Shown: positions 61,225-64,000 of the stretch, piece after piece
Position numbering within the stretch: the stretch's first letter is position 1
Layout: every line of letters begins with the position of its first letter
Assembly (NCBI GenBank): GCA_001179505.1
Contig: CDMY01000449.1
Span: forward strand, 1 to 64,000
Origin: Vitrella brassicaformis CCMP3155
Taxonomy: Eukaryota; Protista; Chromerida
Direction of reading: 5' to 3'
DNA length: 64,000 nucleotides
Notes under the pieces: model-generated
Database searches by the model: none
Seen by the model: the letters and a program-made list of their open reading frames with translations, nothing else
Told to the model about the DNA's origin: nothing
Translations under genes and position numbers: made by a program

Positions 61225-64000
61225 TCACCACCCACGTCTTCGAAACAAGCAGTGCATGCGCCTGAGGGACACACACACACGCACGCACGCACGCACACAG
61301 AGAGAGAGAGAGGGAAGAGCGGATGGATGGCGCCTACATGTGCTCGAAGAGCAATAGGGTGAGGCTGAGCGCAAGAGAGAAACAAGGGGCGTGTGTCTTC
61401 CTTCTTGTCAAGCTTCTGCCGCACACGAATGCTTACTGATCCCAGGTCAGATGACACCACGAGTCGTTGAAGCCTGGGGTTCAAGGACCAAAACACAAAT
61501 GACACACCATTGCACCATGTGTCAAAGGGCACCATTGAGCCAGCTGAACAGACGCTGAAACAGACATACATACCCGATCTCGATTCGTCGTATTCAAAGA
61601 TTCTTTGAATACGATCATGCACAAATTTTTACATACCTCACACACTTGCGTGTCGACGTTCTGCATGATGTCTTTTAGCTCGTCTCGATCAGGTCCGAAC
61701 GTCTCCTGGCATTTCTCTTGGCTGAACACATGAGACACAGCACAGCGAGGCCTTGCCATTCAGTTTCCTCACTGGTGGAGAGGTTGCTCACTGGTTGTAC
61801 ACGTGCAGCCGATCCAGGCAGTACTTGAGGCCCGCCAGCACGTGGGTCATCTCCGTCGCGTAAGCGGCCTTCACACACAGACAGCCACACATATACACGT
61901 CGGGCTGTTCGCTTTGCGTCTGTTATGACCTCGGCTTGGTTCTTCGCGTACGCTGCCATCATACAGCCGTTGTCATAGCATACGCACTCCACCTCCGGAT
62001 GGCGCCGTTTTCTAAAGGACAGAAAGCTCATAGACAGGAGAATACGGTACCAAACTGAAGATGTCGGCTTCAATCCTGTACATTTCCGCACACAGGAAGT
62101 GAGCTGAGCAAACACAAAAGACAGACACATGTGTGGTCGATGCATCGTTGTCTCTCCGCGACCTTGCGTGAGTGATTCGGAGGCAGCCATCATTGAGAAT
62201 CCCAGGACCTCGCCGCACGGGCGCATGGCGACCAGGATTCCCGCCGTTGCCTTGTTGGTGTCTGTGCTCTCCTTGTCCCTGACGCGTGCATGGAGACAAG
62301 GAAACATCGCGTGGCTTTCAAGTGACGCAATTGACCTACGTCCTGCAGCCGGTGAGATTTGTTGTCTTGTCGATGCCGGCCAGCTCTGATGACAAAGGGA
62401 GATAGACACATTGCATCAGGCCAGGGTGGGCCGCTCTATGCTTCTCACGAGAAGACAGGTGGACAAGCGAGTCATCTGCCGAGCCGCGCCTTCCTGGGCT
62501 GCCAGCTGGAGAAACGGCGAAAAGAAAAAAATCGACATCTCAACAACAGCTCCACTGTGTCTTACTTCGTCGTCTTTTCGACGCATCAGACTCCGATCTC
62601 TTGCCTCTTTTCACGGACGAGACCTGCCAGCTCCTTGACGTGTGAGCTCTTGGCTTTGCCTTACTTGTTGTTGTTGAAGTACGGAACTCATTCAACGCAT
62701 ACCAGCCGCCTGACACACACAGTGCCAGATGTGTGCGCGAACCATCCGCTTGACAGACCTCTTACCGACGTATTTTGATCGGTCGATCAATTCCTCCATG
62801 GACACGCCTTTGACTGTCGTTTGATCCTTGAGAATGACGTCATAGAAAAGTTCCTGCGTAATAGACATCATATGTTTTGCCGGACGCATGTCTCGACCAT
62901 GTCTCCGCGAATGTCATTGGCTTTTCCTGCCTGCCGACTCCCTCCCCTGTATGTGCGCCCCACCTGTGTGCCGTCCTCGGCCACCCGGCACTGCTTGGAG
63001 GTGAGCCTCTCCACTCTTCGAGCCATCCCATCTTCGTCGACATCAGCATCATTCAACTGAAGGCGCGACATCTCGATGGCCTACCGGCGAGAGACAGGCA
63101 CTCATGGCGGTTCAGGGACGCACAGATAAATTGATCAGACTCACAATGAGGCAATCCTCGCAAAGCTTGGACCCACTGACTGGACGTCCCAGACAAGGAA
63201 GCAGCATGGACCGCCCCTGATATCCGAGATGAGGCATCGCAGAATATCATCGAAGCGGTCTGAGCTTACGAGCTCCTTGCTGTAGAGCTCTGAGAGGCCC
63301 TCAGTCGCACAACGGGGGATGGTTAGCTTCCTGCCGCCATCGATAATAACCACTGAGTGCACACCCCATCAAAGGTACATCGCTCGTCCTCTTTGAACCC
63401 ATCTATTCCCTAACCCTTGCTGCAGTGCTCGTGACTGCACTGATGCTCGGCAGTCAGCTCCTCAAAGTCCTGTACAGACAGACACACACGCAATCGACAA
63501 AGCAGGGACACAACGGATTTGGAGGGATCAACTTTCTTGACTCTAGCCACCAGTAGTCGCTACCAGTGAGTACGCGTCGAGGAAGTCGCTGATGTTGACT
63601 GCCATGTCGATGTTGACAAAGGAGTTTGGTGCTATGAGCTTGACCATCTCTGTGTTGGCGGAATCGTGCTCACGACATGCATTGACTGTCGCCCGATTCA
63701 ACCGACGCTGAGACACCAAAAATGTGGTTCGTGTCTGTGCATATCTTTTTGCTAGCCTGTTGACTGACCTCTGCGAAACGCGCCAGTCGATACAATGTGA
63801 ACGCCCTCGTGAGCTGCAACAATCCATTTAGACGGAAAAGGTGCGTTACTCTGCCCGTCTTTGTGTGTCTCTGAGTGACTGACGTGCACTCGCAGTGCGC
63901 CCTTTGACAGCCCAGTGCGCCGCACTTGCCCAAACACAAACTCTTCCTCCAGGCAATCCTGCGGAATGAAAGCAGACACAATGCTCTCGTCTCACTGTCT
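61225..64000 (-). mobile_element. Intron-containing KDZ (Kyakuja-Dileera-Zisupton)-like transposase with CxC-type zinc module; 5' part outside the window
   Basis: Spliced motifs in order: HQCSHEHCSK|VVIIDGGRKLTIPRC, PCLGRPVSGSKLCEDC, KATAGILVAMRPCGEVLGFSMMAASESLTQ, CVCYDNGC, CLDRLHVYNH|QEKCQETFGP...NVDTQVCE|RLFSWLNG. This matches the KDZ series DGxxK, TAGxxxxxxPCG, YDxxC, DxxHxxxH...C, NTxxxE. Confidence 0.75.

Noticed and set aside
800-64000. Many ORF-track entries rich in VCVC/HTHT/TDRQ/SVCL
   Set aside because: Translations of intronic (GT)n, (GACA)n and (GGAT)n microsatellites, not proteins.

Overview
Eukaryotic genomic DNA, GC-rich and intron-dense, with (GT)n/(GACA)n/(GGAT)n microsatellites in the introns. 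The rRNA features and a bipartite plastid-type leader suggest an alveolate, most plausibly a chromerid of the Vitrella type (inference). The centre holds one complete minus-strand rDNA unit (5S - ETS - 18S - ITS1 - 5.8S - ITS2 - 28S), followed ~630 bp downstream by a U6 snRNA gene on the same strand. The unit lies between direct copies of a dispersed repeat spaced 10,484 bp apart, each containing a 300-N assembly gap. The same repeat has four copies in the window, and each ends at or within ~13 nt of an ATG. Left arm: a plastid-targeted OPR/HPR-like helical-repeat gene, a SAP-domain gene, a hypothetical gene, a ~1430-aa protein ending in an RPA12-type zinc ribbon, a RING-TLDc gene and an OGFr_N-ubiquitin-like fusion. 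Right arm: a head-to-head HMG-box / SAM-AT-hook-chromodomain pair, ~17 kb of orphan multi-exon genes, and an intron-rich KDZ (Zisupton-like) transposase running off the window end. Gene models were spliced by eye and domains were recognised from remembered motifs; no database search was run.
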